A stretch of 64,000 bases of DNA. Origin: an uncultured archaeon (GTDB lineage: Archaea; Thermoproteota; Bathyarchaeia; Bathyarchaeales; Bathycorpusculaceae). The notes below the pieces were generated by a model. The model was not told the origin of the DNA, made no database searches, and saw only the letters and a list, made by a program, of their open reading frames with translations. Location: positions 158,654 through 222,653 of the forward strand of contig CAWENF010000002.1 of assembly GCA_963810275.1 (NCBI GenBank), given 5' to 3'. Shown here piece after piece: positions 39,898 through 49,796 of this stretch (positions are counted from its first letter, which is position 1; each line of letters opens with the position of its first letter). A program made the translations under genes and the position numbers.

Positions 39898-40629
39898 ATG
39901 CACAATGAGGAGCTGAGCAGTTCGAGCATTCTAAGAAAGCTATCAAAGCTTCCGATAATCTGGCTGGCCGTTTTAGCTGTTGTTTTCATATTGATATTCT
40001 TCGCTGTGGGTATTGCAACCAATTTGTTTGCTTCACCCGTGTTTTCCATGTTTTGGGTAATTAGCGCTGAAGCTGCTCATGGAGTGGTGCTCTATGCTGC
40101 AGTTGCGTTGGCAGTTATTTTAGGAGTGGGCATGACAACGTTTCTGTGGCTGAAAAAACGAGAAAACGAAAACTCTAGTTCACGCATTAAACTCAATGAT
40201 ATGATGCTGGCTGTAGAAAAAGCAAAAGCTGAATCTATTAAATCATATGAATCAGCCACCTTTAAAATGGCAGCAAAAGAAGAGAGCTATGATGAAAGCA
40301 AAAATCGGTTTTTTGACGCATATCTCAAAGAGTCGGAAGTCAAAGCTGATAGCCAATCTGCAACCGCTACAAAAGAGTCGCTGCTAGCTAATGAGCGTGT
40401 TCAAGAGTTCATGGCTGAGTCTACTTCTGAAAGCATGTTTGAGCCTGAAAGAGATGCGCAGTCAAATAAGGGCAAATTAGTGTGTCCATCATGCAAAATA
40501 GAGGTCACTGAACCTACGTTGATGATGAATTATGATAAGTCAAAGCCGAAAGTCTCTATTTATTGCCCAAAGTGTGAGAAATTGATAGATGAGATGGAAT
40601 TAGATAGTCAAAAGAAAAGTTTGTCGTAG
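39898..40629 (+). CDS. 2-TM protein with C-terminal zinc ribbon, paralogue B
   Basis: CPSC...CPKC; tandem duplicate. Confidence 0.75.
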   Translation: MHNEELSSSSILRKLSKLPIIWLAVLAVVFILIFFAVGIATNLFASPVFSMFWVISAEAAHGVVLYAAVALAVILGVGMTTFLWLKKRENENSSSRIKLNDMMLAVEKAKAESIKSYESATFKMAAKEESYDESKNRFFDAYLKESEVKADSQSATATKESLLANERVQEFMAESTSESMFEPERDAQSNKGKLVCPSCKIEVTEPTLMMNYDKSKPKVSIYCPKCEKLIDEMELDSQKKSLS

Positions 40630-40709
40630 TGTATTATTTTTTGTGTAAGTAGCCCAACCTGTGTCAGATAGTGGCGATTAAAGAAATTAAAGAACTAACA
40701 AAAAAGAGG

Positions 40710-41087
40710 TTATTTTAGTTGTATGTGTACAACGACGTTTAAGCGGTCATGGTCTTCGAAGTGTTCTAGTTGAGTCCACTCGATCTGGAGAAGTTTTGCG
40801 CTATAGCCAGCGACGTTAAATGTTTCTCCTTCTTGCTCTTCCCACCAAGCACTCATATATGGGAAGCTTCCGTCTTTATATTTGAAAGTGTCCCAGGCGT
40901 CTTCGGTGAAGTAGACGTCAAAAGTAACGCTTGCTTTAATATTGTTACCATTACCATTGACCTTAATCGGCTCTATAGATAGCTCTTCTATGAAATTATA
41001 TTGATTCATTACAAAGTTAGAAACAATAGGGCATAACAGTGAAATAATCACGAGTATTGGAGCCAACTTTGCTACATATGCAATCAT
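40710..41087 (-). CDS. Hypothetical membrane-anchored protein
   Basis: N-terminal hydrophobic segment, GAGG RBS. Confidence 0.55.
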   Translation of the reverse strand: MIAYVAKLAPILVIISLLCPIVSNFVMNQYNFIEELSIEPIKVNGNGNNIKASVTFDVYFTEDAWDTFKYKDGSFPYMSAWWEEQEGETFNVAGYSAKLLQIEWTQLEHFEDHDRLNVVVHIQLK

Positions 41088-41379
41088 TCATGTTCCTCAC
41101 ATTAAATTTAGACTCAGCAACTGAGCCCTAACTGTTCAGTAAAGAGATCTTACTAATAAAGAACAGTGGTGCGGGCTGGCCTATTGGTTGTTGAAGAACT
41201 GATCAACAGTTGCTTTCTTTTTCCAGAAGGGGTTACTGGATTGGGTTTTAGCGGTCTGTGCGCAAGCTTTCAATACATAACTTGTCGTTGCAGTCGTTAT
41301 GCAATCACATATTCTTAAGTGACTGGTTTAGGCTTCCTTTCTTAGTGGACCCTTAATCTGAAAGGAGACTTAAGGGACG

Positions 41380-41814
41380 ATTTCTGAGCGCAAATTAATT
41401 TTTTCGATAATTTTTGCCATTCTCTATGGGTTAGTTTTCATCAATTATATTGATATTCTTACGCCTGGCGGAAGCGAATCTGGGTATCATCTTTGGCTTA
41501 TTTTTATGTATTTTTTGCCATTCATCGGCTTCACTATCGCCGACTTGAAAAATTGGAGAGTGACACTCGGTTTAGGCTTAATTGCTTCTCTTATGAACGA
41601 TGTCTTCTATGGTTTGGTCAAGTACTTAGCAGGTTTTCAAATCAACTTGTATAATTATTATGATCTATGGTTGGTTCCACAAAACGCAACCTTGTTCCAG
41701 TTAAACTTGGGCTTCACAATGATAACGGTGGAGTCGTGGATGATGGCGGTATCGATCTACTTCAGAATGGCGGTTGTCCTTTTGTTCTTAAGAAATTGGC
41801 GCATCCCACTGTGA
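41380..41814 (+). CDS. Membrane protein; frame open upstream of the tracked ATG (possible ATT start)
   Basis: In-frame extension ISERKLIFSIIFAILYGLVFINYIDIL...YHLWLIF before 41506; in-frame stop at 41371. Confidence 0.6.
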   Translation: MSERKLIFSIIFAILYGLVFINYIDILTPGGSESGYHLWLIFMYFLPFIGFTIADLKNWRVTLGLGLIASLMNDVFYGLVKYLAGFQINLYNYYDLWLVPQNATLFQLNLGFTMITVESWMMAVSIYFRMAVVLLFLRNWRIPL

Positions 41815-41827
41815 GTTCCACATAGAT

Positions 41828-41964
41828 CCTCCATAATCCATTTAGGGTGTTAGAAAATTGTTCTGTTTGGATTGCTTTTTTAAAAAATCACAGTTACAGA
41901 GCTACATTTCAGCCCGATTTTTACTAATTAAGAATCTAATTGAAGCATCTATGCCTTTCAGAAA
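41828..41964. repeat. Dispersed ~120-bp repeat, copy B
   Basis: Collinear with copy A including the CCTCCATA lead. Confidence 0.85.
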
Positions 41965-42050
41965 TAGCTTGTAGCTGGATTATTGTTGCTAATCTGTCGG
42001 CTAAATGCGAAAGCAATCCCATATTAAGCGCAACCAACCCTTAAGCACAA

Positions 42051-42710
42051 ATGGGTTACCGTACCACAGCAATCGCAAAAAAAATCTTCAGCCTAACACT
42101 AATCCTAAACGCCTTAATCACCATAGCCTGCATCGCCCAAATACTCTACAATTACCTCCCAGACTTCCCCAACTGGCAACCCTACGCCCCCTACCTACCA
42201 AACGGAACCATACTCCTCTTGATCGTGCCAGCTGCAGTTTTGAACATCCATCTTAGCAGCAAAATAGGACGAAAAATGCACACCGGCAGACTCTTTTTCC
42301 ACCACTACGTCTATGGCTTATTTGTTATTCTGTTTTCAACCATTTTTGCCTTCACCCTAACTACAATCTCCCTGCCGCTACTCTTTTTAGCATACACATC
42401 TGACATAGCAGTTAACGCCACTCGTTTCTTTATGCTATCAGGTTTTGCATTGCTACTTGATGATCTTCCGGACGTATCTCTAAAAGTTGGGTCTGCTCTT
42501 AAAAAATTGGAAACAAAAGCATACAAAAACAGAAAAGTGCTCTATTGGCTTCATTTACTATCAGGACTAACTTCATTATTTACTACCATTGCAGTAATTT
42601 TATGGACAACACAACATCCAAATCTAGCTATCCAAGCCTCAGTCATGATTGGAACTTTTCTGGTGACGGGCATCAATTCTTTGATATACGTTAAAAGAAG
42701 CAATGTCTAA
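42051..42710 (+). CDS. Multi-pass membrane protein
   Basis: About 6 TMs; LFFHHYVYG and LLLDDLPD motifs. Confidence 0.7.
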   Translation: MGYRTTAIAKKIFSLTLILNALITIACIAQILYNYLPDFPNWQPYAPYLPNGTILLLIVPAAVLNIHLSSKIGRKMHTGRLFFHHYVYGLFVILFSTIFAFTLTTISLPLLFLAYTSDIAVNATRFFMLSGFALLLDDLPDVSLKVGSALKKLETKAYKNRKVLYWLHLLSGLTSLFTTIAVILWTTQHPNLAIQASVMIGTFLVTGINSLIYVKRSNV

Positions 42711-42827
42711 AAATGAAATAGTTTGTTTCATAACGTGAGCGCTGAAATTTTTTGCAGGTTTGTTGCAGTTTATAGGGGGTATTGGTTGGTAGCGCTCAAA
42801 CTAAAGCCTCAAGTTTTTTTAACTGTT

Positions 42828-43298
42828 TTATGAGTCCGCTTCGTTTGGTTGGTTGACTTTGAAATCTTTGCTGACAAAGAAATAATCGCCGCCAGTTTCA
42901 TAGTCATATACACTAACTACATTGGGTTCATCAAACGAGAAATGTGTGAAATATTGAAAGCCTCTAAAATCTCGACTTGGAAACGTTACCGTCATTGAAC
43001 CAAAACCCTTATGGTCAAGTGCTACTGAACCCAAACATACACCTCCGCCTTCCTCTCCGCATCTAACTTGAATATTGACACCTTTGGTGAGATCTTCGTC
43101 TGTTCTGAAATTGATTAGTTTGACGGTGATTTCTACTGATTGAGGAAGATTTGTTTTGTTTATTATGATTTTGACTTGAGGTTTGGGGGAAGCTGTTGCA
43201 GGGGTTATGAAAAGAGAAAATGTAATTGCAACTACAATTAGAACTATAGATAAATATTTTAATGCGTGCAAAACTTTGAACCTCGCTACAGTTTGCAA
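42828..43298 (-). CDS. Hypothetical secreted beta-rich protein
   Basis: Signal-peptide-like N-terminus ending PATAS. Confidence 0.55.
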   Translation of the reverse strand: MQTVARFKVLHALKYLSIVLIVVAITFSLFITPATASPKPQVKIIINKTNLPQSVEITVKLINFRTDEDLTKGVNIQVRCGEEGGGVCLGSVALDHKGFGSMTVTFPSRDFRGFQYFTHFSFDEPNVVSVYDYETGGDYFFVSKDFKVNQPNEADS

Positions 43299-43494
43299 GT
43301 AATTTATCGGTGATCTGATAATTAAACTTTCATTTGTTGCGAGGATTCAATATAATAGTACACAAAAGATTTGACCCATTTTTTTATTGATAAACAAGCT
43401 GTTGATTTGAGGCATATGTGAATAGGTTTGTAAATATATCTGAAAACAATACGCTTATTTGGCTTGTTTGAATCGGTTTTTAGTGGTGTTTAAA

Positions 43495-43790
43495 TTGAAA
43501 TTTAGAGTTGTTAGCTTTTTTGCTTAATTTTTATTGCATTATTAACTGCCCCTTCATTTATGCCAACGACCAATGCCGAGACCATCTTTAAGGATAGTTT
43601 TGAGCCTGATTTTAGCAACTGGAGCGGCACTCGAACTTCAGGGGAGAATCTCTGAGAACCAGCTCTTATCGAAGCTTTACTGGGAGCCTATAGTGCAGTA
43701 GCTTCTTCAAATGGTGACAGTAGTGTTGAATATTCTTACTGTTACGAGAAAGTCTCAAAATCCGAGTTATGCGTCAATGCAAGTTATAGT
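43495..43790 (+). pseudogene. Remnant of a secreted protein gene
   Basis: Signal-like start then AETIFKDSFEPDFSNWSGT, followed by stops and truncation. Confidence 0.4.
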
Positions 43791-43824
43791 GTGTTTGGAT
43801 AGTGTAAAAGTTGTTTGTCTGGGT

Positions 43825-44268
43825 TTAAATTTTTGATTCTTTAGTGATGTAGAAAAAAAATTCCCCAGAAACATTGTGAATCGATAAACCTAGTTTTTGG
43901 TGAACTTTAAGCACAATTGGCTCAATCTCTCTATAAGGTTTACTAGTTTTTTCTATAAGGTCAGCGGGATATGTAATAGACCCACGCTTTGCGTTTTTTA
44001 TGAATTCTTCTTCGATTTGCTTTTCTACAGGATCATAGTCAAAAAGAGCATACTGTCCATCTATATTTTTGATAACTTGAAAACGACTCAACACTTCAAT
44101 AGCTCGATAGAAGGTTCTTTCTAATAAGCCAGTTGTTTTTAGAATGTCTTCTTTATTTTGTGGTTGTTTTTTGATTAGGGCAACAATGATTTTTGCATCT
44201 GGACTTAAGTCATTTTTTCTGGATTCGCTAACAGGTGTAATTTGTTTTCTTCCAGGTTGCTTTCCCAT
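43825..44268 (-). CDS. Putative winged-helix DNA-binding protein
   Basis: KIIVALIKK...TGLLERTFYRAIEVLSRFQVI; AAGGAG RBS. Confidence 0.6.
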   Translation of the reverse strand: MGKQPGRKQITPVSESRKNDLSPDAKIIVALIKKQPQNKEDILKTTGLLERTFYRAIEVLSRFQVIKNIDGQYALFDYDPVEKQIEEEFIKNAKRGSITYPADLIEKTSKPYREIEPIVLKVHQKLGLSIHNVSGEFFFYITKESKI

Positions 44269-44377
44269 GGTTGTTTGCTCCTTTTTTGCTTGACATCTCT
44301 GGATTCATAAAGTTCTGAGATTTGACAGACAATTCTTTAGTATTTTGTCACGCGTTTTGGTATTTAAGACCTATTGA

Positions 44378-44980
44378 CAGGTTGTTAAGCTTGAGAAAAA
44401 TTTCAAAGGTTCACTACCCCTTGAAGAGTTTGAGTGGAAAATCGGAGTCATCGTGGGTCGAAGTGGCTCTGGCAAAACAAGCATAGCAAAACAGCTCTTC
44501 TCTGGTGAGTATATCCGCGGTTTTGAGTACACAAATAAGTGTGTTCTTGATGATTTTCCCAAAGAATATGAGACCTCAGAGATTACGCGAATACTTTGCA
44601 GCGTAGGGTTTGCTTCCCCTCCTGATTGGCTAAAAAGCTATGATTGTTTAAGTCAGGGTGAGAAGATGCGGGTTGATATCGCAAGAGCACTTTGCTTGGA
44701 TAGTGGTCTTGTGGTGTTTGATGAGTTTACCTCTGTTGTTGATAGAGAAATCGCTAAAGTAAGTGCCTATGCGATTAGCAAGGCAGTTAGGCGCTCAAAA
44801 AAGCAGTTTATAGCTGTAACCTGCCACTATGACGTTGTGGACTGGCTGGATCCTGATTGGGTATTTTGTACTGATACAATGGAGTTTAGCAGAAAAAAAG
44901 AGTGCGGCCGCCCGTTAACATTAACGTTTATCGGTGCGGCCCAAAGCTTTGGCAGATGTTTCGGCAATATCACTATCTAA
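44378..44980 (+). CDS. Phage-type soluble ABC ATPase, 5'-truncated
   Basis: WKIGVIVGRSGSGKTS, LSQGEKMR, VFDEFTSVVDR, AVTCHYD; no start codon between the in-frame TGA at 44375 and the Walker A. Confidence 0.8.
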   Translation, partial: QVVKLEKNFKGSLPLEEFEWKIGVIVGRSGSGKTSIAKQLFSGEYIRGFEYTNKCVLDDFPKEYETSEITRILCSVGFASPPDWLKSYDCLSQGEKMRVDIARALCLDSGLVVFDEFTSVVDREIAKVSAYAISKAVRRSKKQFIAVTCHYDVVDWLDPDWVFCTDTMEFSRKKECGRPLTLTFIGAAQSFGRCFGNITI

Positions 44981-45360
44981 ACAGCACCCTACCCCCAACT
45001 GCACGATGCTACACCGCCACTTACAAAGACAAACCTATAGCCTTCATAGCGGTTGTTCACTTAAAAATGAACACAAACTATTATCGCGTTTCACGACTCG
45101 TTGTATTACCCGACTATCAAGGAATGGGAATAGGAAAAAAACTACTAAATTTCATAGCAGAACTATATACTTCACAGACAAAAATTCCCTTCTATATTCT
45201 AACTAGTAACCCTCAGATAATAAGAGGAAACCTCAAAAACTGGAAAATAAAACGCTTTGGACATGCCAGCAAAGGAAAAACCAACACAAAAATCAACAAA
45301 GAACTAAAAAACAGCCAAAGCCGAAAAAGACTCACAATTACCCTACAATATAGCAGCTAA
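44902..45360 (+). CDS. GNAT acetyltransferase in -1 frame, partner of the ABC ATPase (Mom-like family)
   Basis: WQMFRQYHYL, RVSRLVVLPDYQGMGIG acetyl-CoA motif, TSNP. Confidence 0.8.
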   Translation: MRPPVNINVYRCGPKLWQMFRQYHYLNSTLPPTARCYTATYKDKPIAFIAVVHLKMNTNYYRVSRLVVLPDYQGMGIGKKLLNFIAELYTSQTKIPFYILTSNPQIIRGNLKNWKIKRFGHASKGKTNTKINKELKNSQSRKRLTITLQYSS

Positions 45361-45383
45361 GTAAAAGTAGAGACCTAACAGGC

Positions 45384-45500
45384 TAGAAATTGTTCTGGTC
45401 GGTTTGCTTTTTTAAAAAGATCACGATTACAGAGCTGAATTTCCAGCTTTAATTTTTACTGAGTAAGAATCTAATTAAAGTATCTATTCCTTATCAAAAA
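45384..45500. repeat. Dispersed ~120-bp repeat, copy C
   Basis: Collinear with copies A and B; starts about 24 nt after the GNAT stop. Confidence 0.85.
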
Positions 45501-45565
45501 TTGTGGCAATTATTAAGTGAAATCAATATTCATCGCTATGAAGTCTTCGAACGTATTCCATAAAT

Positions 45566-47151
45566 TTACACTCTTAAAAAGGTCATTAACCGCTCAAGCA
45601 AATTCAGCACCTTATTAACCAGTCCACCGAGCGCACCCAATCCACCCAGCCATAAGCTTCAAGTTAGCAATATCAGAACGAGTAATAGCCCTCGTCAATA
45701 ACAACGCCGGAACCACAATCACAACAAACAACACCACACCCAACAAAAGCCGAAACCAAGCAGCAAACCACAACTCAGAAACAACAAAAAAAGTCACCAC
45801 CCCAGCAACCGCAGAAGAAAGAAGAATCCGCACAGAAGAAACAAAATCAACAGTAAAACCATAAGTTCGCTTAACAAAAACCAACCCCATAACCAACGTA
45901 GGCACTTGAGCCAATATCAGAAGTAAGAATCAAACCCAAAACACCAAAAGTCAAAATTAAAACATACCTAAAGGAAAACCGATCAAACCAGTCAACAAAG
46001 CAATCCGCAAAACAAAACTGGTTTTACCCTGACCATTTAGAAAAGCAGTCAAACTAAGATTTCCAAAAGCCATAAACACATATTGAATCGCAAACAAAGC
46101 AAGAAAAAGCCCAGCAGTATCATAGGTAGTTCCAAAGAGCGTCGCCACAGCCGGTTCAGACAGACTCATAACTAATAGCTATCACTGGCAAAACAAGAAG
46201 TGAACCATATTTAACGGAAAACCGAAAAACATTCCTAAGAGAATCTCTGTCTTTTTCAGGGTCTAATTTAGAGAAAGCAGGAAACATCATTGTAGTAATG
46301 GGCATAATAAAGAAAGTTATTAGTACGACAAAATTCATAGCACGCCATAGTTGCCAATAGTTACATTATCAGTTACATAATGAATAGGCAACAAGAAAGC
46401 ATAAAATTGAGGAAGCAAGGAGTAATAATTGTTGCAAAAGATAGCGGCAAACAGTAAGTCAACATAGTTGTAAAGTAAGCCTTAAGTTCGAGCTTACTGA
46501 AACAGGCTTAGGAAGCTTCCTATAGATAACGCCAATTAAAACAACACCAATCTATGCCTGCGATAAATGTGCCAGCCGTATAGCCAATAGTTGCTCCGGC
46601 GGTACCAAAACCAAAAACAACCAACGCAATAATAATTACAGTTTTAGAAAGACTCTGAAAAACAAGCATCACACTATTGAGTTCCAAACGCTCATACCCA
46701 GTAAAAGCAGCAGTAGCAGCAGCAACCAAACCACCTGCAAATATAGAAAAAGAAACAAGTTGGATAAGCGGAGCGATAACCGGGCGATTAAAGACAGTGT
46801 CGCTAGAAAATCTGCAAAGAAAAACGAAAATAAAGAAAGAGCCAAACCCACAACAACTTCAAACAAGATACCTGTTAAGTATACACTACGGATTTCATCC
46901 ACTCTACCCTCGGCGCGATACTGAGCAGTAAATTTAACCATGGCAGAGTTCATGCCCCAATCACGAAAAATCTGAATAATCAATGGAACAGTAATTACAA
47001 CAGTGTATAGGCCATATTGATCAGAACCCAAAAGTCTGGCGATAAATATCATGCCAACTGATCCGATAACTGTAGAAACCACTAAACCCCATAACATATT
47101 GAAGCTGCCCTTAGCCGAAACTTTGGCAATATCACCAGCCTTACTCATCAA
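45566..47151 (-). CDS. Oligosaccharide flippase (Wzx/RfbX), multiple frameshifts
   Basis: IARLLGSDQYGLY, FPAFSKL, FLNGQGKT pieces across five ORFs. Confidence 0.85.
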
Positions 47152-47689
47152 TAAGCCACTTTTAAGTTGCTCAAATAGTTAAAAGAGGGGTTTATCGTTT
47201 GCGGTGCAAGTTACCAATTGTTTAATATTTGACTCGAATTTGGCTGTCTTTAAGCAGATAATTTCAAATGTCGAAAATCTCTCAGAAATCCTGTTTTGTC
47301 AATGATAACAGTCATGCCTTGATTTATGGTAAACCAACTCAGCAAACCCATGAACTGCTCAATTTTTTTGCCTCTAAAGATACTTGGGGTTGGCTTATCG
47401 GAACGTATTTTCCTTCTTAAGAAAGATATTACACAGAAACAAGGCTAATCAGCGGTAAGGCTAAAAAATCTGCAGACGCGACGCATATTATGCTACAACG
47501 TTGACTTTATACAGCAAACCAGGAAAAAAATTCAGGGATAAGACATTAACAGATACAAAATTAATTTTTAACTGGACATTCTTTAAAAGAAGGGGACTAT
47601 CATAACAGCTATCGCTTACCTGATAACCGATAAGGATATAGATAGCCACAAGGAATCCAGTTTTGTTAAATACAGAAGAGAACGACTAA

Positions 47690-48963
47690 ATGAATAAGTG
47701 GTTTGATTCAGTAGACAATAATTAAAGCGTTTCTGGGTTATGGGTATATTCCAGAGAATACCCCTAGAATTCCCGAAGCATTAGTAAATGCGGCAAGATG
47801 TGACAGAATACCGCCAAATGATAGTAACCAACTCATAGAATTGGGAAGAAAGTATCTAATCGATAGTTTTAAAAACGCTTCATCAAAATATTCAGCTAAT
47901 ACGTTACACATAGTACCATTAAGCGGTGGCTTGGATTCAAGGGTTGTTTTGGGAGGATTGCTAGAGAGCGTAGAGAAGGACCAGATCTTAACATTAACCT
48001 TTGGAACACCTGGCACAATGGATTATGAAATTGGTCAGAAAATTGCAAAAAAGGCAAAAGTGAAAAATCGCATTATAGATCTGAGACCTGAACATTTCAC
48101 TTGGTCCGAGGATGCTTTAGTTAAGGATGCCAGACAATATGAAAGACCGACATTCTTTTTTAGAGGATATAATGTTTACAAATATTTTCTTAAAAATTTA
48201 GATTGTAATAATTGGATTATGTGGCCAGGATACATGGGCGATTCATTAAGCGGTTCTCATCATTTCCTGCCTGCATACGAATCCCAAACATGGGATGAAG
48301 CTAAGTCAAATTTTATTCAAAAAAATTTTAGATTTATCAATCTTACTTCTAAAGATTTCAACCCGGAATCAACACTCCCAAAAAAGCCACTCCTAGAAAA
48401 ACAATTACTTGGTTATGATGAACAGTTACATTATTTTATCCGTCAACAAGATTGCATTTATCCAGCTTGTGTTTTTTCGGCTAACGTTCAAACGGTCTTT
48501 CTACATGAACCATGGCTTTCATTTATACTTAAAGTCCCCAAGGAGCTAAAAAATGGACAAAAATTATACAAAAGAATTATTCAAACAGCTTTTCCAGATT
48601 TATTCAGTCTACCTACTACAGCTGCGGCAGGTCTCAAGATAAATAGTCATAAAGAAACAATAAAATTAAGAAAAGCACAATTATATGCAGTTGAAACAAT
48701 TAAAAAAACTTTAGGAATGTTACAATCTAACTCGGGAACCCAATTTTTTGATTGGAACATTGAACTTAGACGGTCTAAAAAATTACAAGATTTAGTGAAG
48801 AAGCAACTGTCCGATTTGTCAAAGCGTCAGAAAGTAACTTGGGTAGATGTCAATTCATTTTATGATGAGCAAATCAAAGGTAAGAATTATGGAGAAGAAA
48901 TTAGATTGCCTAGTTTCGCTTGAAATATTTTTAAAAGCAGAAAATTCAAATACGTGGAATTAG
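47690..48963 (+). CDS. Asparagine-synthase-like N-type ATP pyrophosphatase lacking a glutaminase domain
   Basis: PLSGGLDSR, TFG, GYMGD; frameshifts near both ends. Confidence 0.8.
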
Positions 48964-48964
48964 A

Positions 48965-49080
48965 CTACCGATGTCGGATCAGTGCTCGATCCTCAATTCG
49001 GTACTGTGCAGTAAACCCAATCATGACAGCGTTTACACCCCAGTCGCGAAAAATCAATAATTAGTGGAACGTTTAGCACA
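48965..49080 (-). pseudogene. Degenerate flippase fragment
   Basis: Collinear with 46880-47000 (tactg-gcagtaaa, cccca-tc-cgaaaaatc, tggaac). Confidence 0.6.
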
Positions 49081-49796
49081 ATGATTTTCTATAGAGTTGG
49101 TTATGAGTTGCTTGTTATGGTGAAGGCGGAAGTTGCGGGCGGATATGAACAATAATAAGGTAGATAGTAGGACGTATCTTGAATTGACAATAATAATAAT
49201 TTGTTTTCCGCTTTATCTTCCTACTGAGCTTCGTTGCTGAGTAGTCCCGAGACATGCTTATCGACCTTGCTGGTATATTGATGCTTTTAAACCAGACCCG
49301 ATGAACGATAATTATTTTAGATTACTTTCATTAGTCAACCTTACTTAAGATACATAAATTTTCCGAGATACCGTTGAATTACAACATATGGGACGATAAA
49401 CGCTAATAGCATTTTAATGTATTAAGTAGAAAGGGAATTGAGCGAGCAATGTTTTAAAAAATGTAACGTATATACGAATTTTAAGTTTATCCGCAATTTC
49501 TGCTAAGTCAAAAACCGATTAAAGCTAAATAATTGCGATAATAGAATAAATTCATCAAATGTAGACTCACTCACACTTGTTTTCGAGATTAACTGAAAGC
49601 TTTATTTATAATCTTATAAAAATACTAATTCATTTGAGTGAAAATTCGATTTAGAGAATCGAAGAAATGCATGCAATAACTAAAGAGCAAAAATGATCTA
49701 AGCAAACCTGATTAAGAGTGCTCACATCTAAAAATTTTTTCAAAAAATATTATGGTCTCCAAATAATGTCTAGCTGAAAAGAGTTGACAGTAATGA

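Noticed and set aside
39150-40629. Diversity-generating retroelement TR/VR pair
   Set aside because: Differences are not adenine-specific and no reverse transcriptase is present.
41241-41270. Diverged copy of the BHB element (GGGTTT...TGCGCAAG)
   Set aside because: No complementary arm or conserved loop follows.
47337-47350. Third BHB element suggested by CTCAGCAAACCC
   Set aside because: No partner GGGCTGAGA arm nearby; lies in what looks like a decayed ORF.
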